64,000 nt of DNA from Cellulomonas sp. (GCF_965229465.1 NZ_OZ245882.1:2454494-2518493); one strand, 5' to 3'; counted from the stretch's first letter, positions 1-10,623 are shown. Notes: a model not told the origin generated them from the sequence alone. A program made the numbers and translations.

Positions 1-1
1 C

Positions 2-916
2 CCTCTCTACCGTGCATCGTCCAGTCTCATCTCGGTTCTACTGCCGCTCGCCGCTGTTTTTGCTTGGACACAGCGGACCGCGCGATGGACCGCCCTACTC
101 GGCGGGTCGGTCCTTTGCATGATTCTCACGCTCCAACGCGGCCCGGCGGTCGGCGGCGTCCTCCTATTTCTTGGCGTTCTTGCAGCGGGGCGTCGCGCGA
201 GAATGCCGTGGTACTTCCTAGCACTGTTCGCCGTCTACTTCTTGGGAAGCGCAGTGTATGCACTGCTCAACGCTCTCGGTTTCGGCGCGTACGGGCAAGC
301 GAGCTCGATGAACTTCATCGAGAGCGTGGCCGCTGGGGCACCCGACATCGCCGACCAGCTTGCATTCATGACTCGATGGTTGGCCGACCCCGTCTACTCG
401 GACGGCCGGACCTTCGTTGGCGGCCTTGTGCCCGGCAACTATGAATGGAACCCGTCGGTGTGGACGCTATCCATTACAAATCCAGGAGTCGACGTCGCCG
501 CGATCAGCTCGGGTGGATACAGGCTTCCCCCGCAAGTCTGGGGAATGGTGAGTTTTGGTTGGGTCGGTGTTTTCGCCGTCAGCCTGCTGTATGGGTGGGC
601 GCTTGGCCGCCTAACGCGGACCATGCGCCAGGTCATCCCCAGTGACCGCATTGAGAACACGGTCGCGTTGTTCGTCGTCATCGGAGCGGCAATGGACTTG
701 TTCACACGCTTTTATGCGATGTCCTACATCATGCTGGTGCAGCTCGCGGCCGTGCTCTTCGCCGTTGGCGTGGTGGCGGCGGCGGGCGGCAACCTTCCCG
801 GTGATGAGCGCAACCTGACTCAGTCTCAACGTGGGGGCGCTCGGTCAAAGCTCGTCCGGTCGTCACTCGATCGGCAACCGACTGCGGTTCCCATGACCCA
901 CAAGGGTGATTCATGA
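2..916 (+). CDS. Polytopic membrane protein, probable Wzy-type polysaccharide polymerase (5' end outside window)
   Basis: Frame is open from position 2. Multiple TM segments with a periplasmic-type loop. First gene of a GT/flippase cluster; its stop overlaps the next ATG. Confidence 0.55.
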   Translation, partial: PLYRASSSLISVLLPLAAVFAWTQRTARWTALLGGSVLCMILTLQRGPAVGGVLLFLGVLAAGRRARMPWYFLALFAVYFLGSAVYALLNALGFGAYGQASSMNFIESVAAGAPDIADQLAFMTRWLADPVYSDGRTFVGGLVPGNYEWNPSVWTLSITNPGVDVAAISSGGYRLPPQVWGMVSFGWVGVFAVSLLYGWALGRLTRTMRQVIPSDRIENTVALFVVIGAAMDLFTRFYAMSYIMLVQLAAVLFAVGVVAAAGGNLPGDERNLTQSQRGGARSKLVRSSLDRQPTAVPMTHKGDS

Positions 917-1875
917 ACTCGCCCGTGCATGTGTGCATCGTCAACTACCGATCGGCGGGCTACCTGCGAGCATGCGTGGAGTCGATGCTCCTGACGGCGG
1001 TCTCCAGCATCACGATCGTGGACAACGCATCGGGCGCGGATGAGCGCGCGGAACTGCACGCGGTCTCGGCCCTTGACCCGAAGATCTCACTCCTCCTGAA
1101 CGACACCAACCTGGGATTCGCAGGAGGCGTCAACCGTGCGGTGCAAGCGTCACCTGCAGGCGACGACGATCTGATCTGGATCGTGAACCCCGACACCACG
1201 GTCTCCGGCGACGCGCTCGACCGCCTGGCCCAGGTCCTCGACAACGACACCATGGACATTGTGTCGCCCGTCATCTTTACCGGTAGCAGTTCGAATACGA
1301 CCATCTGGTACGCCGGAGGATGGATCGACTACGCAAAGGGCGTGACGTGGCATGACGAGAAGATGCCACAAACGGACCTACAGAGTATCCCCACCGGGTT
1401 CATCACCGGCGCGGCGCCAATGATGCGACTACGGACGTGGCGTCAGCTCGACGGCTTGCGGGAGGAGTTCTTTCTTTACTGGGAGGACGTCGAATTCAGC
1501 GCTCGCGCGCTCAGCGCTGGTCTGCGACTAGGTGTTGTTCCTCAAGCGAAGATCTGGCATGCCCAAGGCGGATCCGTCGGGACTTCAGGCGGCGGCATGA
1601 GCGCCGGGTATTACTACTACGGCCAGAGGAATCGGATCCTTGTTGTACGGCCGCGTGTCGGTCTACTGACGATCCTCGCCGGGTCGGGGTTCAGGGAGAC
1701 GGCACGGCTTATCGTCAAGCCGGCGCTTCTGGAGTCTGCGCCACGTCTGCCCAAGCTCAGGGCATCGATACGCGGCATCCGCGATGGTATCGGTGGTGTG
1801 ACGGGGCCGGTGGTGACCGATGGTCGAACGACGAGGCGCGGTGCCCTCGGCCGGGGGGGTAATGCAAGTGAATGA
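913..1875 (+). CDS. Glycosyltransferase family 2
   Basis: IVNY, IVDNAS, NLGFAGGVN, VNPD and FFLYWEDVEFS motifs of GT2 rhamnosyltransferase-like enzymes. Confidence 0.85.
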   Translation: MNSPVHVCIVNYRSAGYLRACVESMLLTAVSSITIVDNASGADERAELHAVSALDPKISLLLNDTNLGFAGGVNRAVQASPAGDDDLIWIVNPDTTVSGDALDRLAQVLDNDTMDIVSPVIFTGSSSNTTIWYAGGWIDYAKGVTWHDEKMPQTDLQSIPTGFITGAAPMMRLRTWRQLDGLREEFFLYWEDVEFSARALSAGLRLGVVPQAKIWHAQGGSVGTSGGGMSAGYYYYGQRNRILVVRPRVGLLTILAGSGFRETARLIVKPALLESAPRLPKLRASIRGIRDGIGGVTGPVVTDGRTTRRGALGRGGNASE

Positions 1876-3043
1876 CCAGCCCGTCGCAGGGGATGGCGGT
1901 CAAGCCAATCATCCAACTGGTTCCGTCGCCACTCTGGGTGCGTACGACCGTTTCAACTATGGCGACCTGCTCTTCCCGCTGGTTCTGGACGACGCGGCCG
2001 CTCGACTCCGGCTGCGCCCGCTATCGCACTTTTCGGTGCGCGCCGCCGATATGAGCAACTTTGCTGGCTTCACGTGCCACTCGCTCGCGTCGAAGGAGTT
2101 TGCGGGCGCCACCGGTGTCCTTGTCGGAGGTGGTGAGGTGCTCGGCGCGCGTTGGGGCCAAGCTCTGATCTCGCAAACGCCTGCACCATTCGACAAGGCA
2201 CTGCTGGCCCTCAACAAGATCTCCGCTCGTGGGCTCGACCTCTATTCGATGTGGCGGCTTGGTGGCAGTGACTTGTCGCCCTTCATTCCCACCGTCGGAC
2301 CGGACCGTCGACTCGCGACGAACGCAATCGGTGCCTCGTCGATCGCGATGCTGCCACCGCGGTATCGGGCTCATGTGATCGAAGTACTTGCCTCCGCTGC
2401 ATACCTGAGCGTCAGGGATTCGGCCGGACTAGAGCTGCTGCGCGGGGAAGGATTGCGGCCCACGCTGGCGCCCGACAGCGCCTCCGTGCTGGCGAGGTTG
2501 TATCCCGTCCCTCGGGTCGACAACGGAACTCTTGTCGTCCAATGCTCGTGGAGCTGGTTGCGCAGGAACTTGTCGCCGTTTCTTCAGTTCGTGCGCGAGG
2601 CTTCTAGTCAGTACACTCAGATTGCTCTCCTGCCGATTGGCCTTGCGGGCGGTCATGGAGATTCGGAGGCATTGCGACGCGTCCAGAGTGCGGTGCGTCG
2701 AGAGAATGTCCAGGTTGTTCAGGTCCGTCATATTTGGGATATCGCCGAAGCAATCGCACAATCCGCTGCGTTCGTCGGCTCCAGCCTTCACGGCCACGTC
2801 ACTGCGATGGCCTATGGTGTCCCCTCCGTCGCCCTTGCCGGGATATCGAAGCTCACCGCCTACGTGGAGACTTGGGGTGATGACGCAATCCCGGTCGTGG
2901 CGCCCCTTGATCTGTCGGCAGCTGTTGTTCGTGCAAGGTCAGCCAACTTCGCTTTTCTGCTTGAGCGCGCCGACCGTCTCGCCGACCTGGCCGACGTAAG
3001 CACGCGGCGTGCCCTTGCTTCTCTAGCTGAACAGCAATCCTGA
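1862..3043 (+). CDS. Polysaccharide pyruvyl transferase family protein
   Basis: NYGDLLFP, VGGGEV, LSVRD, PDSA and SSLHGHVTAMAYGVP motifs. ATG at 1862 overlaps the GT2 end. Confidence 0.75.
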   Translation: MQVNDQPVAGDGGQANHPTGSVATLGAYDRFNYGDLLFPLVLDDAAARLRLRPLSHFSVRAADMSNFAGFTCHSLASKEFAGATGVLVGGGEVLGARWGQALISQTPAPFDKALLALNKISARGLDLYSMWRLGGSDLSPFIPTVGPDRRLATNAIGASSIAMLPPRYRAHVIEVLASAAYLSVRDSAGLELLRGEGLRPTLAPDSASVLARLYPVPRVDNGTLVVQCSWSWLRRNLSPFLQFVREASSQYTQIALLPIGLAGGHGDSEALRRVQSAVRRENVQVVQVRHIWDIAEAIAQSAAFVGSSLHGHVTAMAYGVPSVALAGISKLTAYVETWGDDAIPVVAPLDLSAAVVRARSANFAFLLERADRLADLADVSTRRALASLAEQQS

Positions 3044-4341
3044 TGGCGGCACCTACGAAATCGCGGTTGATCGCTCTGCTGTCGGGTCCGTCCACCATCG
3101 TCGCCAGCCGTGTAGCTTCCGCTGCACTGGGGCTATTGAGCGCACCGATTCTCGCCAGGTCGCTCGGGACCGAAGGTCGCGGCGAGACGGCCGCTGCTCT
3201 GGCTTTGACCGGACTTCTGCCGATTGCGCTTTCGATGGGCATCCCGATTGTCGCGAGACGACGCGCAGCACACGATGACCGTGTTGCGGAGACTGTTCGC
3301 ACCATTCGTTTGCTCGGTCTCGTGGCTGGGCTCGTCGGGGCCCTAGTCGGCTGGGGCTCGGCGGCCTTGGTGCTGGACTCCCTCGACACTCAGGCGCAGG
3401 TGGCGCTGATCGTTGCGAGTGCAGGCTGCAGTGCCGCCGGGCTCTTGTGGATCTCGGACGTCAATATACTCATGGGGCAGGAACGTCACGGGAGCTTCGC
3501 GGTCGTGAACCTCGTGGCAGCGAGTGTGTTTGTGGCGCTAGTTGCTGTCGCCGCGCTCACCAACTCGATTTCTGTCGCGGTAGTCATTTGGCTGAATCTG
3601 GCCGCAATGGTTGGCACCCTTGTGGTCTCCAGCCTCCTTGTTCGCGCGCCGCTCAGAGGGCCACGGGCGAGCGCGTCCGTACTTCTGCGTGAGTCCCGCC
3701 GGTACTACGGTGCGCAGGTCGCCGAGGCAGCGTCGTATCGGCTCGATCAGTTCTTTGCCTTACCGATCATTGGCGCCCAGGCGGCGGGCCTCTACTCGGT
3801 TGCGGCAACGATCGCGTTGCTTCCGATGGCGGTTGGGCAGGCAATCGGGTCCAGCACATTCCGGTCGTTCATTCGTGCCCACAGCAACGGGACGCTTGAC
3901 GATGTACTCCGGCGAGATGTTCGAGGAGCGATGGTCGCCGGCTGGGCATCCGCGCTCGCTGTCGGCGCCGCGACGCCAGTCATCGTCTTGGTATTCTTCG
4001 GTCAGCAGTTCGCTGGCGCAATCATTCCGGCGTTCATAGCTGCCGCCGGCGCGGTCGCGGTGGTGGCCGGATACGTCGTAAACTCGGGCCTGGTGGCGCT
4101 CAACAAGGGCTGGCAGCAGACCACATCTCAGGTCGCTGGACTCGTAGTGGGTGTGGGGCTTCTCGTTCTGCTGGGCCCACGGCTGGGCGCGATCGGTGCA
4201 GCAATCGCGTCGTCTTGTGGCTACTGGGTCACGTTCCTCGTCGGATGCGGAGCGGCACGGGTACGGGGCCGTGAACTGTTACCGCATCGCGGCGACGTTC
4301 TGGCGGGCGTGCACCTGCTGTGGCCGCAAAGGCGGGTATAG
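3043..4341 (+). CDS. Wzx-type oligosaccharide flippase
   Basis: About 12 hydrophobic segments; ARSLGTEGRG, YRLDQ and AGLYSVA motifs; located in a polysaccharide cluster. Confidence 0.75.
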   Translation: MAAPTKSRLIALLSGPSTIVASRVASAALGLLSAPILARSLGTEGRGETAAALALTGLLPIALSMGIPIVARRRAAHDDRVAETVRTIRLLGLVAGLVGALVGWGSAALVLDSLDTQAQVALIVASAGCSAAGLLWISDVNILMGQERHGSFAVVNLVAASVFVALVAVAALTNSISVAVVIWLNLAAMVGTLVVSSLLVRAPLRGPRASASVLLRESRRYYGAQVAEAASYRLDQFFALPIIGAQAAGLYSVAATIALLPMAVGQAIGSSTFRSFIRAHSNGTLDDVLRRDVRGAMVAGWASALAVGAATPVIVLVFFGQQFAGAIIPAFIAAAGAVAVVAGYVVNSGLVALNKGWQQTTSQVAGLVVGVGLLVLLGPRLGAIGAAIASSCGYWVTFLVGCGAARVRGRELLPHRGDVLAGVHLLWPQRRV

Positions 4342-4540
4342 AGACCGCGACCGGGACGACGGATACGCCGGCGTATCGACCCAAGCTCCGCTCAAGAGTT
4401 CCCTCGGCATCAGACGGATCTGATTGTGTGATGTCGACTCAGGATGTCCCCACCAGATCCGCAGGACGTGCTGCCCGCGCAGCGGGACAGCGGAGTCGTA
4501 GGTAGTGCCCGCAGTTCTTCAACGCAAGGAGTCCACGAGC

Positions 4541-5632
4541 ATGTCTTTTGCTGATGCCGAGAAGATGCGGTCGGCCACTGTTCTGGTGACCGGGGGTGCG
4601 GGGTTCATCGGCGCGGCAATCTCGGGTGGGTTGGCTGATGCCTTCGGCCGGGTAGTTGTGGTCGACAACCTCCATCCACAGGTCCACCCGACTGCAGACC
4701 GACCGGTCGGGTTGGACCCGCGTGCGGACCTTCGTGTCGGCGACGTCACGATGTCGGCGACCTGGGACACGGTGCTGGCCGACGTGCACCCGGACGTTGT
4801 CGTCCATCTGGCGGCCGAAACGGGTACCGGACAGTCCCTGTCCGAAGCTTCGCGCCACGCGATGGTGAACGTTGTTGGGACCACGCAGATGCTCGATGGC
4901 CTGCTACGTCACCAAGCACTGCCAAGGCGAATCGTGCTCACGAGCAGTCGAGCGGTGTATGGCGAGGGCGCTTGGAAGCGCCAAGGCGGTCCACTGTTCT
5001 ACCCCGGGCAGCGGACCAACTCCATCCTCGAGGCGGGGCAGTGGGACTTCCCTGACAGTGCGCCGGTCGCGATGGCGGCCGAAGATGTCATGCCAGCTCC
5101 CGTCAGCGTCTACGGCGCAACGAAACTGGCCCAAGAACATGTTCTTACGTCATGGGCGCAGTCGGTCGATGTAGAGCCGGTGATCCTGCGGCTGCAGAAC
5201 GTCTATGGCCCGGGGCAGTCACTAATCAATCCGTACACGGGCATCATGTCGTTGTTCTGTCGTCTCGCGAAGGCCGGCCGATCCATCCCGCTGTACGAGG
5301 ACGGCGCGGCTCGGCGTGACTTCGTGCTGATCGACGATGTCGCGCGCGCGGTGGTTGCAGGGGTCATGTCGGCAGCTCCAGGGGCAGTTCCGATCGATAT
5401 CGGCTCCGGGGAGCAGCAGACCATCGCCCGGGCCGCAGAACTCATCGCCGCTCGCTACGGCGCGCCCGCGCCGCACGTGACCGGGCAGTTTCGGCAAGGC
5501 GACGTGCGGCACGCATGGGCGGACGTTTCGCGCGCCGGAGAAGTGCTGAGCTGGACGCCAGAGTTCAACCTTGACGCCGGAGTCGAGCGCCTAGCGGCGT
5601 GGATCGACGACCAGCCTGGCGTCAGCATCTAG
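4541..5632 (+). CDS. NAD-dependent nucleotide-sugar epimerase/dehydratase
   Basis: TGGAGFIG Rossmann motif, YGATK catalytic motif, NVYGPGQ; SD AAGGAG upstream. Confidence 0.87.
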   Translation: MSFADAEKMRSATVLVTGGAGFIGAAISGGLADAFGRVVVVDNLHPQVHPTADRPVGLDPRADLRVGDVTMSATWDTVLADVHPDVVVHLAAETGTGQSLSEASRHAMVNVVGTTQMLDGLLRHQALPRRIVLTSSRAVYGEGAWKRQGGPLFYPGQRTNSILEAGQWDFPDSAPVAMAAEDVMPAPVSVYGATKLAQEHVLTSWAQSVDVEPVILRLQNVYGPGQSLINPYTGIMSLFCRLAKAGRSIPLYEDGAARRDFVLIDDVARAVVAGVMSAAPGAVPIDIGSGEQQTIARAAELIAARYGAPAPHVTGQFRQGDVRHAWADVSRAGEVLSWTPEFNLDAGVERLAAWIDDQPGVSI

Positions 5633-5684
5633 CGCCACTCACCGGCGAGAGTCCGGAGGGGGCGAACGAGATTCGGTAGGCGGC

Positions 5685-6149
5685 CTAGTTGCGGCTTCTC
5701 GGCCTCGGCATCACGGGCTCCGGTGGGGGTTCGCCGTTCACTCGCCGGTAGACCAATGAACTCTCGATCAGCCCGAGCGCGACGCCAGCGGTGTTGGCGA
5801 GGAGGTCGCGGACGTCGGGAATCCTCGTCGGCAAGAACGTTCGCTGAGTGCACTCGATCACCAGGGAAGTGCCGAACCCAAGCGCGATGACCTGCCACCA
5901 CGGGACGTCGGGCCACAACCGGCCTACGAACACGCCGAACGGCACGAACATCACCACGTTGGCCGCGAACTCGACGCCCTCGTAGCTGACCCCGACGCCG
6001 TGGGCGTTCAACCAGGTAACCGCGGCCCGCACCACACCGAGCGTCTCGTCGGGCGCGGGCGCGGGTCCGAGGGTGATGGCGGCGACCGCTGCGAGGTAGG
6101 CGATGAACAGCGCGAACACCGCCCGCCGCCCCTGAGGTATCACCCGCAT
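5685..6149 (-). CDS. VanZ family membrane protein
   Basis: ANVVMFVPFG, SLVIECTQ and DLLANTAG motifs. Confidence 0.8.
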   Translation of the reverse strand: MRVIPQGRRAVFALFIAYLAAVAAITLGPAPAPDETLGVVRAAVTWLNAHGVGVSYEGVEFAANVVMFVPFGVFVGRLWPDVPWWQVIALGFGTSLVIECTQRTFLPTRIPDVRDLLANTAGVALGLIESSLVYRRVNGEPPPEPVMPRPRSRN

Positions 6150-6218
6150 CGGGCCAGGTTATGCGACGTTTCGGACGATATAGTCGGCGCTTCCCGATAC
6201 CACTTGGAGTGATATCTC

Positions 6219-7544
6219 GTGCGTCTCTCAGTCATCGGTTGCGGGTACCTCGGAGCCGTTCACGCTGCCAGCATGGCGCAGCTCGGGCACGAGGTCATCG
6301 GCATCGACGTCGACGTCAAGAAGGTCGACGCGCTGCGTGCGGGCCGCGCTCCGTTCTACGAGCCCGGGCTGCCGGAGCTCCTCACGGAGGTCGGCGCGAC
6401 CGGCCGGCTGACGTTCAGCACGGACATCGCCGACGCCGCCGGCGCGGACGTCCACTTCATCTGCGTGGGTACTCCGCAGGTGCACGGGGAGTTCCGGGCG
6501 GACCTGACCTTCGTGAATGCGGCGGTGGAGGCGTTGGTTCCGCACCTTCGCCCCGGGGACGTCGTCGCGGGGAAGTCGACGGTTCCGGTGGGGACCGCGG
6601 AGGCGATCGCGGAAGCGATCTCGGCTACCGGAGCAGTGCTCGTCTGGAATCCCGAGTTCCTCCGGGAGGGGTTCGCGGTCGAGGACACGCTGCACCCGGA
6701 CCGTCTCGTCTACGGTCTGCCGACGGATGACGACGGCGAGCCCACCGCCGAGGGGAGCAAGGCGCGCTCGGTGCTCGACGAGGTCTACGCCACCCCGCTC
6801 TCGGAGGACACCCCGCTCGTCGTCACCGACTACGCGACGGCGCAGCTGGTGAAGGTCGCGGCGAACTCGTTCCTGGCCACCAAGATCTCCTTCATCAACG
6901 CGATGGCCGAGCTGTGCGAGTCCACGGGTGCGGACGTCACGCGTCTGGCTGACGCGATCGGGTACGACGCGCGCATCGGTCGCCGCTTCCTGAACGCGGG
7001 CCTCGGCTTCGGCGGTGGCTGCCTGCCCAAGGACATCCGCGCGTTCATGGCTCGTGCGGGCGAGCTGGGGGTGAGCGACGCGCTCTCGTTCCTGCGGGAG
7101 GTCGACTCCATCAACATGCGTCGCCGTGTGCGGATGGTCGACCTTGCGCGCGAGGTCTGCCACGGGTCGATCGTCGGCAAGCGCATCGCGGTGCTCGGAG
7201 CCGCGTTCAAGCCCGACTCCGACGACGTCCGGGACTCGCCGGCACTGTCCGTCGCCGCGCAGATGCAGCTCCAGGGCGCGCACGTCACGGTGACCGACCC
7301 GCAGGCGGTCGCGAACGCGCGGGCCAAGTGGCCGGACCTGCACTTCGCCGACAGCGCGCTCGAGGCTGCCAAGGACGCTGATGTCGTTCTGCTCGCCACC
7401 GAGTGGGCCGAGTACCGCGAGATCGAGCCCGACGCCCTCGCAGCGGTCGTGGCGCACCGACGGATCCTGGACGGCCGCAACGTGCTGCAGCCCGCCCGCT
7501 GGCGGGCCGCCGGCTGGACCTACCGAGCGCTGGGGCGTCCCTGA
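6219..7544 (+). CDS. ugd: UDP-glucose/GDP-mannose 6-dehydrogenase
   Basis: GCGYLG, ICVGTP, KSTVPVGT, NPEFLREG and GFGGGCLPKD motifs. Confidence 0.92.
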   Translation: MRLSVIGCGYLGAVHAASMAQLGHEVIGIDVDVKKVDALRAGRAPFYEPGLPELLTEVGATGRLTFSTDIADAAGADVHFICVGTPQVHGEFRADLTFVNAAVEALVPHLRPGDVVAGKSTVPVGTAEAIAEAISATGAVLVWNPEFLREGFAVEDTLHPDRLVYGLPTDDDGEPTAEGSKARSVLDEVYATPLSEDTPLVVTDYATAQLVKVAANSFLATKISFINAMAELCESTGADVTRLADAIGYDARIGRRFLNAGLGFGGGCLPKDIRAFMARAGELGVSDALSFLREVDSINMRRRVRMVDLAREVCHGSIVGKRIAVLGAAFKPDSDDVRDSPALSVAAQMQLQGAHVTVTDPQAVANARAKWPDLHFADSALEAAKDADVVLLATEWAEYREIEPDALAAVVAHRRILDGRNVLQPARWRAAGWTYRALGRP

Positions 7545-8041
7545 TCGCGCAGCGCCGGAGCCACCTCGGCTGGTGGCTGGTGGGGATCGGCGTGATCCTC
7601 GCGGGGGTCGCGATCTACCTCGTCGTGCGGCCAACCACGACCGAGCTGCAACCGTGGTCGGCCGAGGGTGCAGACCCGGCGGCGTACGCGGCCGAGCTGG
7701 TAGCCGAGACGAACGCGGTGCGAGTGGACGAAGGTCTGGCGGCGCTCGGCGTCTCGCAGTGCGCGACGGATGAGGCGGCCGAGCGCGCGACGGCGCTCGA
7801 CGGCGACCGACCGCTCGAGCACGCGTTCCTGACTCCGGTGCTCGAGGCGTGCGCGCCGGCAACAGCGGCCGCCGAGAACCTGGTGCGTGCCGCGGCGACG
7901 CCGCACGACGTGGTCGGCGCCTGGCTCGACTCTGCGGGCCATCGCGCCAACCTGCTCGACCCAGACGTGCAGGAGGTCGGCATCGGTTGCCTGCTCGACG
8001 GCGACGAGATGCTCTGCTCGCAGGTCTTCCTCGGCAAGTAG
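7541..8041 (+). CDS. CAP/SCP domain protein with N-terminal TM (start uncertain)
   Basis: TNAVR..GL, AAENL and WLDSAGHRANLLDP..EVGIG motifs of CAP domains. Confidence 0.75.
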   Translation: MIAQRRSHLGWWLVGIGVILAGVAIYLVVRPTTTELQPWSAEGADPAAYAAELVAETNAVRVDEGLAALGVSQCATDEAAERATALDGDRPLEHAFLTPVLEACAPATAAAENLVRAAATPHDVVGAWLDSAGHRANLLDPDVQEVGIGCLLDGDEMLCSQVFLGK

Positions 8042-8047
8042 GTCCCG

Positions 8048-10072
8048 CTACCGGAACAGGAACGCCCCCAGCTCGTCGGCCAGGTCCAGGCTGGCGACGG
8101 TGGTCAGGTGGTGCTCGTCGCGGTAGAGCAGGGTGTTCCCCTCGATCGCGCCGCACGTCGAGGCGTCGCACAGGTAGTCGACGGCGGGGAAGTACAGGGC
8201 GCCGTGCTCGGCGGCCACGGCGGCCTCGTCGGCCAGGCGTTCGGGTTCGATCACGTGGTCGCGGTCGTCGGCGCAGGCGGCGGCGTCGGCCAGGTGCAGG
8301 GACAGGCAGGTGGGGATGGACCCGTCGAAGTTGGGCGTGGTGCCGATGATCGCGGCGGTGCTGGTGGCGGGGAGGGCGTCGAGGGTGGCGGCCAGGCCGT
8401 CGCGCCACTCGGCCTCGGCGGTCGCGGGGTCCCGCCAGTACTGACGGCCGGAGGTGCTCAGCAGCACCAGCTCGGGCGGGTTCTCGGCCAGGTGGGCGAG
8501 CACGAGCCGGCGGAACTGCGCGCACTGGGCGTCGTAGTCGGAGGTCTGCACCACGTCGGCCGACGGGCATCCGGACTTGGCGTACAGGTCCACGCGGAAG
8601 CCCTGCTCGGTGCCGAGGGCGTCCAGGGCGGGCAGCCACTGCGTGGCGTGAGAGTCGCCGAACAGGGCGACCACGCGGTCGGAGGCGGTGTCGCCGTAGG
8701 GGCAGTCGCGCAGCGCGGAGGCGGCGTACTCGAGCTGGCACCTGTCGGCGTACGCGGCGGGGATGTCGGCGTCGACCCCGCGCAGGGACGGGGTCAGGTT
8801 GGCGGGGACAACGTCGGCGAACGCGGGTGGGGCGGTCAGGCCGGTGGTGGCGGCGTCCCGGGAGGTGGCCAGCGGCTTGCTGGCGGACCACTGGCCCATG
8901 CCCACGGCGAGCACGACGAGGGCCAGGGAGCCGGCCAGCCCGGCGAGCAGGGTGGTGCGGGCCGGTCGGCGGGTCAGGGCGCCCAGGTGGCGCATCGGGT
9001 CCTCGACGTACCGGTAGGTCAGCGCGGCCAGAGGCACCGACGCCGCGGCGAGGGAGAGGCTGACCCACAGGGGGACCTTGTTGGCCAGCCGGGACTCCAC
9101 GATGACCAGCAGCGGCCAGTGCCACAGATAGGTGGAGTAGGACAGCCGGCCCAGGTACTGGAACGGACGGGACCGCAGCACGGTGCCGGGTAGTGCGCCC
9201 GTGCCCTGCGCGCCGCCCAGGATGGCCAGCGCGGTGCCGACCACGGGGACCGCGGCGGCGATGCCGGGGAACGCGGTGCTCTCGTCGTAGAGCACGGCCG
9301 AGGCGAGCACCAGCAGCAGGCCGACGCCGACGACGACGGGGGAGCCGGTGAACCGTCGGCCGACCACCTGGGGCAGCAGGAGGGCCACCAGGCCGCCGAC
9401 TCCGAGCTCCCACGCGCGGGTGGGCAGCGAGAAGAACGCCCAGGTGGGCGCGATCGTCATGACCACCAGGTTGAGCGCGAACGAGCCGGCCACCACCACG
9501 GCCAGCGCGGCGACCAGGCGGCTGCGGGACCGCTTGACCAGCAAGGTGACGACGAGCAGCAGCAGCGGCCACAGCAGGTAGAACTGCTCCTCGACCCCGA
9601 GCGACCAGTAGTGCTGCATGGGCGAGGGGGCGGTCTCGGCCAGGTAGTCGGTGCCCTGCCGCGCGAACCACATGTTCGGCACGTACAGCGCGGTGGCGAT
9701 GGCGTCCTTGACCACCCCGGGCATCCGCAGCGGCGGCATGAACAGCGCCGCGGCCACGGTCGAGACGGCCAGCACGACGAACGACGCCGGCAGGATGCGG
9801 CGCATGCGGCGGGCGTAGAACTGCGCGAACCCGATCCGGCCGGTGCGGGTCAGCTCGGCCGCCAGGTGGTTGGTGATGAGGAACCCGGAGATGACGAAGA
9901 AGACGTCGACGCCGACGTACCCGCCGCCCAGCCCCGGCACCCGTGCGTGGTAGAGCACGACGAGGGCCACGGCGATCGCCCGCAGCCCCTCGATGTCCGG
10001 CCGGAACGGAGCCCGACGGACCGTCTCGGTCGCCGCGGGCGCGCTCGCGACGTCCACGCGTGCTCGTTGCAC
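8048..10072 (-). CDS. Acyltransferase family 3 fused to SGNH domain (OafA/OatA-like O-acetyltransferase)
   Basis: RPDIEGLRAIAV, GVDVFFVISGFLIT and HYWSLGVEEQFY motifs; SGNH GDSHA and DEHHL motifs. Confidence 0.88.
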   Translation of the reverse strand: MQRARVDVASAPAATETVRRAPFRPDIEGLRAIAVALVVLYHARVPGLGGGYVGVDVFFVISGFLITNHLAAELTRTGRIGFAQFYARRMRRILPASFVVLAVSTVAAALFMPPLRMPGVVKDAIATALYVPNMWFARQGTDYLAETAPSPMQHYWSLGVEEQFYLLWPLLLLVVTLLVKRSRSRLVAALAVVVAGSFALNLVVMTIAPTWAFFSLPTRAWELGVGGLVALLLPQVVGRRFTGSPVVVGVGLLLVLASAVLYDESTAFPGIAAAVPVVGTALAILGGAQGTGALPGTVLRSRPFQYLGRLSYSTYLWHWPLLVIVESRLANKVPLWVSLSLAAASVPLAALTYRYVEDPMRHLGALTRRPARTTLLAGLAGSLALVVLAVGMGQWSASKPLATSRDAATTGLTAPPAFADVVPANLTPSLRGVDADIPAAYADRCQLEYAASALRDCPYGDTASDRVVALFGDSHATQWLPALDALGTEQGFRVDLYAKSGCPSADVVQTSDYDAQCAQFRRLVLAHLAENPPELVLLSTSGRQYWRDPATAEAEWRDGLAATLDALPATSTAAIIGTTPNFDGSIPTCLSLHLADAAACADDRDHVIEPERLADEAAVAAEHGALYFPAVDYLCDASTCGAIEGNTLLYRDEHHLTTVASLDLADELGAFLFR

Positions 10073-10200
10073 CCGACCTCCCCGTGTGTCGGAGCCCACG
10101 CTAAGGCGCGGGCCGGGGTGGGTGATATGTCCCGATGTGGAGTTCACCCGCGCGGCGGGAGCGAGTGTCGTTACGCAAGGTAATGAGTTAGAGTAAGGAC

Positions 10201-10623
10201 ATGCCCTCAGCCTCCGCCCTCGCCGGCGACCTCCGGATCGCCGTCGGGCGAGCGTCCCGGCGCATCCGGGCGGAGCGCGGCGCGGCCGGGCTGACCGACC
10301 CGCAGTTCACCGTGCTCGCGTGGCTGACCAAGGACGGCCCGCTCACGCCGGGCCAGCTGGCCGAGCGCGAGCGCATCCAGCCGCCGTCCATGACCCGCAC
10401 GGTCAACGGACTGGTGGAGCTGGGCCTTGTCGCCAAGTCGGAGCACCCGACGGACGGCCGGCAGGTCGTCGTCACCCTGACGGACGCGGGTGTCGCCGAG
10501 GTCAAGGAGACCCGCCGACGCCGGGACGCCTGGCTGGCCGGCCGCCTGAGCACCCTGACCCCCGACGAGCGCACGCTGCTCGCCGACGCCGCCGAGCTGC
10601 TGCGGAGGATCGCCGCGTCATGA
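10201..10623 (+). CDS. MarR family transcriptional regulator
   Basis: wHTH with QPPSMTRTVNGL and DGRQVVVTLT. Confidence 0.88.
   Translation: MPSASALAGDLRIAVGRASRRIRAERGAAGLTDPQFTVLAWLTKDGPLTPGQLAERERIQPPSMTRTVNGLVELGLVAKSEHPTDGRQVVVTLTDAGVAEVKETRRRRDAWLAGRLSTLTPDERTLLADAAELLRRIAAS

Noticed and set aside
6228-9671. 1147-aa minus-strand ORF and many similar long Arg/Pro/Gly-rich ORFs (e.g. 47722-52200, 12439-14439, 31683-33566)
   Set aside because: Shadow frames of real high-GC genes; low-complexity composition and no motifs.
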